Assembly (NCBI GenBank): GCA_965231155.1
Contig: OZ246418.1
Coordinates: 174,850 to 238,849 of the forward strand
Direction of reading: 5' to 3'
DNA: 64,000 nt
Source: an uncultured Candidatus Saccharibacteria bacterium
GTDB taxonomy: Bacteria; Patescibacteriota; Minisyncoccia; UBA6257; 2-01-FULL-56-20
Shown here: positions 50,811 through 60,448 of the stretch, one piece after another
How the letters are laid out: each line of letters begins with the position of its first letter
How positions within the stretch are numbered: the stretch's first letter is position 1
Notes under the pieces: model-generated
Told to the model about the DNA's origin: nothing
The model's input: the letters and a program-made list of their open reading frames with translations, nothing else
Databases searched by the model: none
Position numbers and translations under genes: made by a program

Positions 50811-52694
50811 ATGTCAGAAACAACACAACCACACAATACTCAACCGCCAGCACGGCCGGTTCGGTCAGTGCGACGGAGTGGACCTGGTACATCATCGACT
50901 CCTTCCCATTCCGGGAGAGACTCTCGACACGGTGGCCAGTCTCACCCACCTCGCAGGCAGACAGATCATGGACGACGAAACTTTTCCGCACGTCCTGCAA
51001 TAGCCACTACAAAACCAAAAGAAATTGAGGACGAAAACGCGGTAAAATTCACACCTCTCGGTGGTCTCGAAGAAATTGGACGCAACTGCTCCTTCTTCGA
51101 GTATAAAAACCAGATTGTCGTCGTCGACGTCGGTATTCAGTTCCCCGAGGAAAATACTCCTGGAGTTGACTACATCATTCCAAACGTTGCCTATCTCGAA
51201 CAAAGGAAAGCAGATGTCCAGGCGATTATCCTTACTCATGGCCACTACGATCACATGGCTGCGATTCACTATGTCATCGAAAAACTTGGCAATCCAATTA
51301 TCTACACCTCGAAATTCACACGTGCCTTAGTTGAAAAACGCCATGAGGAGTTCACTAATGCACCAAAACTTCGCTTCATCAATGTCGAAGTTGGACAACG
51401 GGTAAAACTCTCTGAAGACTTCACCGCTGAATTCTTTGAAGTCGAGCACACCATCCCTGAATCTCTTGGTTTTATCCTCGAAACTCCCGTTGGCAATATG
51501 GCCAGCTTCGGAGACTTCCGTTTAGATTTTGACCGCAACGGTAAAGTTCGCAACATGGAGGTCTTTGATATGCTCAAAAAACGAGGTATTCATACTGCCT
51601 TTATGGATAGCACGAATGCTGATATTGCTGGCAAGGCTGCTTCCGAAGAAACTGTCGAGGAAAACCTCGAGATGCTCATCAAAGGTGCGAAGGGTCGCGT
51701 CATCATTGCTGCCTTCGCCTCTCTTGTTGATCGTATTTTAGAGATCATCAAAATTGCTGAAAAACTTGGGCGCAAAGTGACTATGAATGGTCGCTCCATG
51801 AAAACTAACATGGAGATCGCGAAGCAACTCGGCTACCTCAAGGAAAGAAAGGATCTCCTCTTCCCGCTTGAGGACATAAATAAATACAAAGACGAAAAGG
51901 TTCTCCTCCTTACCACTGGCACCCAGGGAGAAGCGAACGCTGGACTGATGCGCATCGTAAATGGTGAACACCGTGTAGTAGCCTTGAAACCAACTGACAC
52001 TGTTATCTTTTCCTCCTCTGTTGTTCCAGGAAATGAGCGAAGCGTGCAGTTCCTCACCGACAATGTGGCTCGTCAGGTTGATCAGGTCTACAACTCAAAA
52101 CTCCTCGACATTCACGTCAGTGGCCACGTCCACACTGAGGATGCCAAGATGGTTATCGAACGAATGCAACCAAAGTTCATCGTGCCAATCCACGGCTACT
52201 ACTTCAAACGAAAGAGCTACCAAAAGATTGCTGAGATGGCTGGCCTTAAAAAAGAACAGGTCACCCTTATGGACAACGGACAAGTTCTCTCGATGACTAA
52301 AGATGCAGTTAAAGTCCTCGATCGTACCATTCCCTCTTTCTACATTATGGTTGATGGTCTAGGAGTCGGTGACGTCGAAGAAGTGGTCTTGCGTGATCGC
52401 CGCGCCCTCTCGCAAGAAGGCATGGTAGTGGTAGTGATTACTATCGATCGACGTAACGGAAAACTTCTGAAAAGTCCCGATATTATCTCTCGCGGATTCA
52501 TCTACCTCAAAGAGAACCAACCTCTTCTCGAAGAAATGCGCAAGAAAGTCCGCAATTTAATCGCGCGCATCCCAGCGAATCAACCGATTGATAGCGAGTA
52601 TGTGAAAGGTATTGTGCGTGATCAAATGGGTCAGTTCATCTATCAGAAGACTCATCGTCGCCCGATGATCCTACCGGTCGTGATCGAGATCTAG
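50811..52694 (+). CDS. rnj: Ribonuclease J
   Basis: PLGGLEEIGRN, THGHYDH, GTQGE, HVSGH, RRPMILPV; low-complexity N-terminal extension. Confidence 0.97.
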   Translation: MSETTQPHNTQPPARPVRSVRRSGPGTSSTPSHSGRDSRHGGQSHPPRRQTDHGRRNFSARPAIATTKPKEIEDENAVKFTPLGGLEEIGRNCSFFEYKNQIVVVDVGIQFPEENTPGVDYIIPNVAYLEQRKADVQAIILTHGHYDHMAAIHYVIEKLGNPIIYTSKFTRALVEKRHEEFTNAPKLRFINVEVGQRVKLSEDFTAEFFEVEHTIPESLGFILETPVGNMASFGDFRLDFDRNGKVRNMEVFDMLKKRGIHTAFMDSTNADIAGKAASEETVEENLEMLIKGAKGRVIIAAFASLVDRILEIIKIAEKLGRKVTMNGRSMKTNMEIAKQLGYLKERKDLLFPLEDINKYKDEKVLLLTTGTQGEANAGLMRIVNGEHRVVALKPTDTVIFSSSVVPGNERSVQFLTDNVARQVDQVYNSKLLDIHVSGHVHTEDAKMVIERMQPKFIVPIHGYYFKRKSYQKIAEMAGLKKEQVTLMDNGQVLSMTKDAVKVLDRTIPSFYIMVDGLGVGDVEEVVLRDRRALSQEGMVVVVITIDRRNGKLLKSPDIISRGFIYLKENQPLLEEMRKKVRNLIARIPANQPIDSEYVKGIVRDQMGQFIYQKTHRRPMILPVVIEI

Positions 52695-52702
52695 CGTGAA
52701 AT

Positions 52703-52730
52703 AAAAAGTCCCCGCTACTGGGGATTTTTT
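52703..52730. terminator. Bidirectional terminator
   Basis: AAAAAGTCCCC-GCTACT-GGGGATTTTT. Confidence 0.75.
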
Positions 52731-53160
52731 ATTTCATCTGAACACGAAAGAAGTGACCATATCGTTTCTGGTCGATATAGTGAATTTCAGTTGGTACAAC
52801 TCTATATAATCGGTGATCCTCTCTAAAGTCATCTGCCCAGGGAAATCGTTTTCTATAAATGACGTAGTGTTTTTTAAAATCCTTATCGGGGACGAGCTTA
52901 GCCCTGCCCACAATCTGCATTCCTTTGACCTGTCCCGCCGTGCCATGATCCTGATTAATCACAATAGAAACTAAACTATTTTTAATAATGTGCTTAGCGT
53001 GCTTGGTATCCGGTCTGGAGTAGAAAAATATATTAAGACTACTATCATACGCAAAAAAGACCGTGGCACCCCAAGGTTTACCGTTAGAAACTGTGCCTAA
53101 GGTCATGAGTCTGTTGCCCTTGAGATACTCGAGCACAATTTTTTTATCAGTGGCTTTCAT
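52729..53160 (-). CDS. Pyridoxamine 5'-phosphate oxidase-like FMN-binding protein
   Basis: MTLGTV...PWGATVFFAYD, TKHAKHI, GMQIVG. Confidence 0.85.
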   Translation of the reverse strand: MKATDKKIVLEYLKGNRLMTLGTVSNGKPWGATVFFAYDSSLNIFFYSRPDTKHAKHIIKNSLVSIVINQDHGTAGQVKGMQIVGRAKLVPDKDFKKHYVIYRKRFPWADDFREDHRLYRVVPTEIHYIDQKRYGHFFRVQMK

Positions 53161-53237
53161 TGCCTCTCCATTCTATCCCTCGCCAGAAATAAGAAAAGCC
53201 CAAGAAGGGCTTTTCTGCGATCACCATATAAAGAAGG

Positions 53238-53429
53238 TTACTCTCCTTCTGAAGAATTTTTCTCTACTGGCTCCTCAGTACTTTTCTCGAAGGCCCCATC
53301 ATGCTGCATATCTGTACAGCTACATTCGACGAGCGGTTGCCCGAACTTGGCACAACTCTCAGCCCCACAGACAGTAGGCTTCTCAGCCACACCCTTGCAT
53401 CCGCCATCACAAATATAATGTTCTCCCAT
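53238..53429 (-). CDS. Small cysteine-rich protein
   Basis: YICDGGCKG...CGAESC...ECSCTD..H; start at MGEHY. Confidence 0.6.
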   Translation of the reverse strand: MGEHYICDGGCKGVAEKPTVCGAESCAKFGQPLVECSCTDMQHDGAFEKSTEEPVEKNSSEGE

Positions 53430-53481
53430 AGTAAGATATAAATTGATTAGACCTTTATGCCGTTCATCATACCACAACCAC

Positions 53482-56400
53482 CTATGCCCGACGCAGAGAA
53501 ATATGAGTTATCCCCTGGATCTCCCCAGGCACCTCAATGATGGAACTTTTCATTTTCTCGTAAAAAATATTTTTAGCCTTCACTTCTCGAGCAACTAACT
53601 TTTCTTCCTGCCTAATGAGACTCTCTATCTCTTCAGAACCCTCAACGGCGAGCACAATAGAATCTTGTGGTTTCAAATTCGCTTTCTGTCGAAGATCCTG
53701 AATCTGACGAACTAGTTCGCGTATGATTCCTTCATTCTTTAGCTCTTCAGTTATTGTCGTATCAAGCCAAATTTCTTCTTTGAGTTTTCTATCATACACA
53801 ATTTCTTTTATATTCACCTCGTCCTTCAAGATTTCTAATAACTCTTTCCTTATTTTTATTGCACTGGTTTTAATCTTCAGAGTGGACAGGGGCTGACGCA
53901 CTTTCAATCCTAACTCGGCACGCTTAGCCAGCACCAACGTTGCCAGTCTTCGCACCTCGGCCATCTCCTTAATCAGTTTTTTATCAATTAACTTTTTGTT
54001 GAGTGTTGGCCAGTTCAAAAAATGAACAGAGTCTTTTTTCTTCTTTGGCTCGAGTTGGTGATACAAGAACTCAGCGAAAAATGGAGTGAACGGAGCAGTG
54101 AGGGAGGTGAGGGAGTAGAGAATCTGCCCGAGAGTTTCCGAACCTTCTGCGTAGTCAGTTTTTGAAAGTGGCTTCTGTAACCGACGGCGGGAGCGACGAA
54201 TATACCAACGAGAAAAATCATCTAGGAAAACTTCGAGTGTCAGCGCCGCCTCACGAATATCATAAGCATTTAGCTTCTTGGTTGTTATCTCAATCACCTC
54301 CTCAAGACGAGCGATAATCCACTGATCGAGCAATGATTTCTTCTTTTTAATTGGCTTGGCTGGATTTCTCTTTTTTGGACCATAGGTATCGTAGAAAACA
54401 AACGAGTTCCAAAGCATTAAGTGATACCGTCGAGCCGCCTTTACCACCTCCTGTTCATCAAAATTCTTCGGTTCGCCCGCAGCGGTCGCTGTGTAAAAAT
54501 ACCAACGGACTGCATCAACACCATGTGCGTCGATAACCGAACGAGGCTCCACAATATTGCCTTTCGACTTCGACATCTTCTGGCCAAACTTGTCATTGAT
54601 GAGTCCAAGGGAGATCACGTTTCTATATGGAGCGGGGTACCCAAGAGCCGTAGCGGTAGCAAGCAGTGTATAGAACCATCCTCGCGTCTGATCCATACCT
54701 TCGGCGATATAATCAGCGGGATACGCCTTCCGGCCATCGATCTCTTTCTTGTTCTCATATGGATAGTGAAGCTGAGCAAACGGCATCGCTCCCGAATCAA
54801 ACCAGACATCTGCTACTTCCGTGATGCGTTTCATCGAGCCGGCACACTTCTCACATCGCAATCGAACTTCGTCCACAAACGGACGATGAAGATCGAGACG
54901 ACCAGTATTATCAATAGAGGCCACGGAAGTTTTGATAGGATAGATTTTTCCTTGTTGCGGGAAAAGAAGATTCGGAAGCTTGCTGTCAGGAACACCTTCC
55001 AAAAACCTCTTAGTCAGCCACAAAGTATCTCCATGAGAAACAATCACGATTCTCTCTCCCGGATACTTCGCGACCAACTCCTTCCAAAGCTTGGCCACCC
55101 GCGCCGTCACTTGATTACGACTCTCTCCTTCAGGAAGTGACTTGTCGAGGCTGGTTACTATGTTTCCCAGATAAGAATGGAAGTCTTTCTCTGGATGACC
55201 AGCGAGGGTTCCTGGATTAATGTCCAACAACTCATTCCTTGTCTCAACAGACACACCAGTCACATCACTAATAATAGCTGCCGTCTCTCTGGCACGAGCT
55301 AGTGGTGAAGAAATAATTCGATCAATTCTCTTCTTTGCTAGGAGTTCGGCTGTTTTCCGTACCTCTTTTTTTCCTGCCTCGGTAAGATGAGAAGTGTTGT
55401 TTGGTAAGTCTATGGCTGGACCAGTCAGTTTCTGGACATTGTGTTGCGCCTGGCCATGACGCACAAAAATCAATTCTGGCATCAACGAGGCTTCGTTCAG
55501 TTCTTTAATACTACCGATCACTTTTGTTTCTTTGCACTCCTCACACTGCCAAACCGGCAATGGCACACCCCAGAAACGATCTCGGGAAAGATTCCAGTCC
55601 TTAACCTCACGAAGCCATTCGCCAAACCGACCTTCTTTAATATGCGCCGGTTGCCAGTTTATTTTTGCATTCTGAGCCAGTAGTTCTTTTTTCAACTTAC
55701 TCATCCCAATAAACCAGGAGGTTCGTGCGTAGTAGATGACGGCCGTACCACAACGCCAGCAGTGAGGATACTCGTGGATATACTCTGCAATTTTCAGAAG
55801 ATTACCGTTCCGCTCGAGAATTTCAAAAATCTTTTTCTCTGTTTCTTTGCCTGAGCTTTCGTGATCCTTCGCCATCATCCCGCCCAACTCATGAACTTCG
55901 TTAATGAACCGACCATCCTCCTGCACGGTATGAGACTGGGGAAGTTTCTCTTTGAGACCAAGCTGGTAGTCATCCTCTCCGTACATCGGCGCAATATGTA
56001 CTACGCCGGTACCATCGGTGGTTGTCACGAAGTTCGCGCCATAAATTTTATGGGAGTTCTCGTTTTGCAAACTTGGTATCTCAAAAAGTGGTTCATATGA
56101 AAGCCCAACTAAGCTATGACCAGAAATATTTTTCTGGAAAATAGTTGTTTCTTGTCCGCCAAAAACAGTTTCCAATAAATCTTTGGCTACAATATGTGTT
56201 TCTTGCTTGTCTCGAATTGCAACATACTGAATCTTTTCTCCCACCGCCAACGCCACATTGCCTGGCAGGGTCCACGGCGTAGTCGTCCAGGCCAAAATAT
56301 ACGTTTTCTCGTCAGTCGTAGAATCGCCAATCTTCTGTCCTGATTTCAGCTGAAACTTCACATACGCCGACTTATCTTTCACATCCTTGTATCCCTGCGC

Positions 56401-56982
56401 TAACTCGTGCGAGGACAAGGCAGTCCCACAGCGAGTACACCACGGCACCACTTTGTGTCCCTGAAACAAAAGTTTTTTATCAGATAATCGCTTCAGAATC
56501 CACCACAAACTTTCGATATATTCGTTTTTATACGTAATGTACGCATTCTCCAGATCAAGCCAGTAGCCAATGCGGTTGGTGAGATTCTCCCACTCATCCT
56601 TAAAAAGCCAAACGGCCTTCTTCGCCTCTTCATTAAACTTTGCGATACCAAACTGCTCGATATCTTTTTTTGATTTCAGGCCAAGTGCTTTTTCAGCGGC
56701 AATCTCCACCGGCAAGCCATGTGTGTCCCACCCACCACGTCGAGGTACGTAGTAGCCGTTCATGGAACGGAACCGGAGAATAATATCCTTATAGGTTCGG
56801 GCGAGGACGTGATGAATGCCTGGTCGGCCGTTAGCATAGGGCGGTCCCTCGTAAAACACAAAGGGCTTCTTCCCCTTCCTCTTCGCCAAACTCTTCCTGA
56901 AAATATCCTCTTTCTTCCAGAATTTCAGGACCTCCTCCTCCACCTCGGCCAGCTTGAATGGTTTGTCTTTTTCGAGAAACAT
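53482..56982 (-). CDS. ileS: Isoleucine--tRNA ligase, type 2, with an inserted histidine-phosphatase domain
   Basis: EGPPYANG, GIHH signature, GWDTHGLPVE, WTTTPWTLP, DQTRGWF, KMSKS; insert beginning FVRHG; start at MFLEK. Confidence 0.96.
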   Translation of the reverse strand: MFLEKDKPFKLAEVEEEVLKFWKKEDIFRKSLAKRKGKKPFVFYEGPPYANGRPGIHHVLARTYKDIILRFRSMNGYYVPRRGGWDTHGLPVEIAAEKALGLKSKKDIEQFGIAKFNEEAKKAVWLFKDEWENLTNRIGYWLDLENAYITYKNEYIESLWWILKRLSDKKLLFQGHKVVPWCTRCGTALSSHELAQGYKDVKDKSAYVKFQLKSGQKIGDSTTDEKTYILAWTTTPWTLPGNVALAVGEKIQYVAIRDKQETHIVAKDLLETVFGGQETTIFQKNISGHSLVGLSYEPLFEIPSLQNENSHKIYGANFVTTTDGTGVVHIAPMYGEDDYQLGLKEKLPQSHTVQEDGRFINEVHELGGMMAKDHESSGKETEKKIFEILERNGNLLKIAEYIHEYPHCWRCGTAVIYYARTSWFIGMSKLKKELLAQNAKINWQPAHIKEGRFGEWLREVKDWNLSRDRFWGVPLPVWQCEECKETKVIGSIKELNEASLMPELIFVRHGQAQHNVQKLTGPAIDLPNNTSHLTEAGKKEVRKTAELLAKKRIDRIISSPLARARETAAIISDVTGVSVETRNELLDINPGTLAGHPEKDFHSYLGNIVTSLDKSLPEGESRNQVTARVAKLWKELVAKYPGERIVIVSHGDTLWLTKRFLEGVPDSKLPNLLFPQQGKIYPIKTSVASIDNTGRLDLHRPFVDEVRLRCEKCAGSMKRITEVADVWFDSGAMPFAQLHYPYENKKEIDGRKAYPADYIAEGMDQTRGWFYTLLATATALGYPAPYRNVISLGLINDKFGQKMSKSKGNIVEPRSVIDAHGVDAVRWYFYTATAAGEPKNFDEQEVVKAARRYHLMLWNSFVFYDTYGPKKRNPAKPIKKKKSLLDQWIIARLEEVIEITTKKLNAYDIREAALTLEVFLDDFSRWYIRRSRRRLQKPLSKTDYAEGSETLGQILYSLTSLTAPFTPFFAEFLYHQLEPKKKKDSVHFLNWPTLNKKLIDKKLIKEMAEVRRLATLVLAKRAELGLKVRQPLSTLKIKTSAIKIRKELLEILKDEVNIKEIVYDRKLKEEIWLDTTITEELKNEGIIRELVRQIQDLRQKANLKPQDSIVLAVEGSEEIESLIRQEEKLVAREVKAKNIFYEKMKSSIIEVPGEIQGITHISLRRA

Positions 56983-57084
56983 AGTTCTTTGATGATAAAC
57001 CGAAAAGCCCTGCCTTTTCAATGAAATGCCTAGACAAGCTCCAGTTCTAGACTTTCCGTTTTATAAATGATTTAGTTGTTATAT

Positions 57085-57522
57085 ATGAAGGCGTATTCAG
57101 AAAATCGAAAAGCCAGATTCGACTATGCCATCCTTGAGACCTTCGAGGCCGGCATTGTACTCTCTGGTCAGGAGGTAAAAAGTGTTCGTCAGGGGCAGAT
57201 GGACCTCTCGGCCAGCCACGCCATCTTCCAGAAAAACGAACTCTGGCTTTTCAACGCCACGATTCCTCCTTATCAGCCAACGAATCTGCCAACCGGCTAC
57301 ACTCCCAATCAAAAACGAAAACTTCTTCTTCACAAAGAAGAGCTTCGTAAACTTACTACAGCGCTTAAGGAAAAAGGACGCATGCTCATTCCGCTCAAGG
57401 TCTACGACCACAAAGGGTTAATTAAACTCGAAGTTGGCCTAGCGAAGAAAAAGAGTAAGGGAGACGAACGAGAAGCTCTCAAGAAACGCGCCGTCATGCG
57501 CGAGATGCGCACCGAGAAGTAG
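57085..57522 (+). CDS. smpB: SsrA-binding protein
   Basis: ENRKARFDY, EAGIVLSGQEVKS, RKLLLHKEE. Confidence 0.97.
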   Translation: MKAYSENRKARFDYAILETFEAGIVLSGQEVKSVRQGQMDLSASHAIFQKNELWLFNATIPPYQPTNLPTGYTPNQKRKLLLHKEELRKLTTALKEKGRMLIPLKVYDHKGLIKLEVGLAKKKSKGDEREALKKRAVMREMRTEK

Positions 57523-57528
57523 ATCAAG

Positions 57529-58338
57529 CTACTGCACGAGTAGTGTAGCCTTCATCCCAGAGTATTGGTCGGAATAGAATTCGTAAGAACCTGCAGAGAG
57601 CGAGGCGGTTGAGAAAGTATACAACTGCCCAGCCATAACCGTTATCGGAATCGATCCACTAATCAAAATTTTAATAGGTGTCGGATCGTTGTTCCTAATA
57701 TAAATAACGTCTCCTCGTTTTACTGTCAGCTTTGCCGGACTCATTACATAATTCTGTATGAAGAAGATCTGACTACTCACTGTTTTCTGATTTGGATAGA
57801 TAACTGAAAACTTACCAGTCTCAATCACTCCCTTCCTACCCACCTCAAATGTTACCCTGATGATATACTCTCCCGGCTCAATATTCTTTTTCTGACCACC
57901 AGTACGAGAAACTAAAACATCTTGAGTATTCCAAGTGTGCGTCTTCTGATGCAAGGTAAGACTTGGACTAATCACTCCAACAACCGCACCCGTTTTTGCA
58001 TCAACCAGAGAAATGAAACCGTTACCAAGCGCCTCCTCATTCCATTGAATAGAGTGATTTTCCTTGATAACCCACTGATCTCCAGAAAGAGGCGCAATGA
58101 ATTTATTTGAACTTACGACCGGCTTCACCCCCGTAAGCTTTATGGAAGGAGGAGAACTCTTTGTAGGCGATGTACTACTCTGCGCGAGAGAGCTACTCGC
58201 CCCGGTAGCAGTTGTTGAAGACGCTGAGGAGTTTACCTCGTCTCCTGGGGCAGTAGCTGGCGGAGCGGGAATAAGAAATAAGGCAATGACACCCGCCACA
58301 ATCACGACAGCTCCCAGTATTACAGCTTTTTTAATCAT
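57529..58338 (-). CDS. Secreted/anchored Ser-Thr-rich protein with an Ig-like domain and a C-terminal cupredoxin-like domain
   Basis: N-terminal TM, S/T linker, SPAKLTVKRGDVI...GSYEFYSDQYSGMKATLLV; copper ligands absent. Confidence 0.6.
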   Translation of the reverse strand: MIKKAVILGAVVIVAGVIALFLIPAPPATAPGDEVNSSASSTTATGASSSLAQSSTSPTKSSPPSIKLTGVKPVVSSNKFIAPLSGDQWVIKENHSIQWNEEALGNGFISLVDAKTGAVVGVISPSLTLHQKTHTWNTQDVLVSRTGGQKKNIEPGEYIIRVTFEVGRKGVIETGKFSVIYPNQKTVSSQIFFIQNYVMSPAKLTVKRGDVIYIRNNDPTPIKILISGSIPITVMAGQLYTFSTASLSAGSYEFYSDQYSGMKATLLVQ

Positions 58339-58400
58339 GTAGACAGTATACCAAATCACTACTCTCTGAATAAAAAGTCGCGAACCGAAGTTCACGACTA

Positions 58401-58898
58401 TTAACGAAACCTTTGGGCAGGGTGAAGCCTCAGTCGACGCGCGGTCGAAGTAATCTTATCAGCAACGACCCGAGCGCGTTGCTCGAAGACTTCCTCTGAC
58501 TCCCGTACCATCTCCTGAAGCGGAGTTGTAGGTTTAGGATGGTAGAGGTAGGAACCGATTCCCAAACCATTGTCAGTCCACACCAAGATTGGCATAACCA
58601 CTTTTGGATCAGCGATACAACCAATCGGATCAACGTCCAGAATATTGCCCTGTTTTGTTCGAAGCCAGCTGTGCCAGACCTTTCCACACGAGCCGTCCTC
58701 GACCTTCAACCCATAGCCATAGAGGCCAGCGAATCCCCTGGTCCACATATGACACGATGGCAAAATCGGTTCCGGGTCATCGTGATGCTCCCCGCGACTA
58801 CCAAAATTGAATGGGGGAATTTTCTCCAGAATTCTTCGAACCACCGCGAGGAGAGCCAGCTCCTCCCGAGAAAACATTCGAACATATGGACTTTTCAT
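58401..58898 (-). CDS. Hypothetical protein, possible transglutaminase/papain-like Cys-His-Asp fold
   Basis: SCHMW...WHSWLRTKQGNILDVDP. Confidence 0.5.
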   Translation of the reverse strand: MKSPYVRMFSREELALLAVVRRILEKIPPFNFGSRGEHHDDPEPILPSCHMWTRGFAGLYGYGLKVEDGSCGKVWHSWLRTKQGNILDVDPIGCIADPKVVMPILVWTDNGLGIGSYLYHPKPTTPLQEMVRESEEVFEQRARVVADKITSTARRLRLHPAQRFR

Positions 58899-59016
58899 TC
58901 GCTTCCCCTGTGTGGATTACTGTTCCTACTTTTAGAATAAATATGGACAAACGTCAAACCAACCAAGGGATCAAGCCTCTTAGAAGAGATAAAAAAAAGC
59001 CACCTCGCACAGGTAG

Positions 59017-59631
59017 CTAGAAAGAAAACCACAGCTCGGTACGCAAGAAATCTTCTTCTGGTCCGAACTGATATGTTGCACGCAACGATGATCCGGAAAG
59101 GAACGGGATGGGAATGATGAGCTTCGGTCCAACGGACCACGTCCAATCACCACTCCGCCTAATCTCAACCTCCCCGCCAAAACGAAAGTGCCAGGGCGTC
59201 TCATACGTCACCTCCGGCTCGAGCTCTATTTCTTTCGAGTCAACGAGATAGGTCGCGATGAGGCATCCCTCCCAACGACCAACTTCGTGAGTCGCTCGAA
59301 GATCCAGAACTGGCTCGCCACGATGACTATTCGTGAGAACCCCACCAAGAACTTCCACATCGGAGTGATCTTTCTTGTAGATCAGCCCGGCAAGAAAAAA
59401 TCCTGAAGGACTCTCGCGAACAGTCACTAGATCGGGAACGATTCCCCACCCAGCAATCCCTAAGCCTTCCTCTCCAGAAAAAAACTTTTGTCCATGAAGA
59501 GAAAGACGGAATCTATACTTCCCTTTCTCCTCTTCTTCGTGTGTCTCTTCGACAACCTCCACCTCTTCCGAGGCAGAAACTCCAAATGGACAAAAAACGA
59601 GTATCAGGACAACCGCTAGCCCAAGTAACAT
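59017..59631 (-). CDS. Secreted beta-strand-rich protein with OMP-like C-terminus, paralog 1
   Basis: ATG 59631 after SD GGAGGAGG; signal peptide; amphipathic strands; ends TELWFSF. Confidence 0.75.
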   Translation of the reverse strand: MLLGLAVVLILVFCPFGVSASEEVEVVEETHEEEEKGKYRFRLSLHGQKFFSGEEGLGIAGWGIVPDLVTVRESPSGFFLAGLIYKKDHSDVEVLGGVLTNSHRGEPVLDLRATHEVGRWEGCLIATYLVDSKEIELEPEVTYETPWHFRFGGEVEIRRSGDWTWSVGPKLIIPIPFLSGSSLRATYQFGPEEDFLRTELWFSF

Positions 59632-59770
59632 AAACCCTCCTCCTAACAAGAACTGGCTCAAAAGTATCCTATTTCTATGTGGAGGTCAATCTGTTTTTTC
59701 CTAAAAATCCTGAAAATAAAAGACCGCCTAGAATTTCTAGACGGCAATAGTCCTCTCCGCTTCATAGATA

Positions 59771-60367
59771 TCAGAAGTTCCAAACAATGTAGGTCCTAAA
59801 AACGTCTGGACCTACATCTTTGAACTGATAGCCTATGGCCACGGATAACCCCCGGACCGGAAGAGAGAATGCCACCCGAGGGCCGACGCCCCGGGAAACT
59901 TTACCTTTGATTAACACGATGTCTGCTTCCCCGCCAATCTTTATCGGAGAATCGAACAGATGAATCGGCAGTGGCATAACCACGTTTGGAAGTACGGCCA
60001 TCTTTTCCAGTTCTGGAGAGTAACTGACCTCCAGAAATCCTTCAAAGGGTTCGACCACCCGTTTCTCAAGATAGCGGAGATCAAAAAAAGGCTCCTCTCC
60101 CTGCCTGTCAATGAAGACGCCGCCCATTATTTCAACCCAGCGGTCTTCGTTCTTGTAGAGTCCGCCTCCTAAAATGAATCCTCGAGGCTTAGGAGCGGTC
60201 GTGTCGGGGATGATTCCCCAACCTGCTAACCCCCAGTTTCCAGAAACTGTCTTCTGTCCATGTAACAGAATTCGAAACTGGTTATCGAACTCTTCGGCGA
60301 ACACACTCGCCGAACTAATCAGCACGAGAAGCGTACTGATTGTTGTTCTAACCAAGATCTTTCTCAT
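59771..60367 (-). CDS. Secreted beta-strand-rich protein with OMP-like C-terminus, paralog 2
   Basis: SD AAGGAGGT; signal peptide ending VFA; ends RTYIVWNF; shares LHGQK, AGWGI.PD and E..GGV with paralog 1. Confidence 0.8.
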   Translation of the reverse strand: MRKILVRTTISTLLVLISSASVFAEEFDNQFRILLHGQKTVSGNWGLAGWGIIPDTTAPKPRGFILGGGLYKNEDRWVEIMGGVFIDRQGEEPFFDLRYLEKRVVEPFEGFLEVSYSPELEKMAVLPNVVMPLPIHLFDSPIKIGGEADIVLIKGKVSRGVGPRVAFSLPVRGLSVAIGYQFKDVGPDVFRTYIVWNF

Positions 60368-60436
60368 AGCTACCTCCTTCTCTAAGATTTGACGAACTGG
60401 TCATATCCTCATATATTATTGATGAGTGGCCAATAC

Positions 60437-60448
60437 CACCATATGGTG
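60437..60448. promoter_or_regulatory. Perfect 12-bp palindrome, candidate operator
   Basis: CACCATATGGTG flanked by CAATA/TATTG, in a divergent intergenic region next to a regulator gene. Confidence 0.4.

Noticed and set aside
54421-55140. 239-aa plus-strand ORF, and the similar 7056-7709 ORF opposite groSL
   Set aside because: These are antisense shadows of conserved housekeeping genes.
57022-57530. tmRNA next to smpB, or a T-box upstream of ileS
   Set aside because: No GGGG...TCCACCA tmRNA ends and no T-box motif are visible, and the intergenic space is too short.
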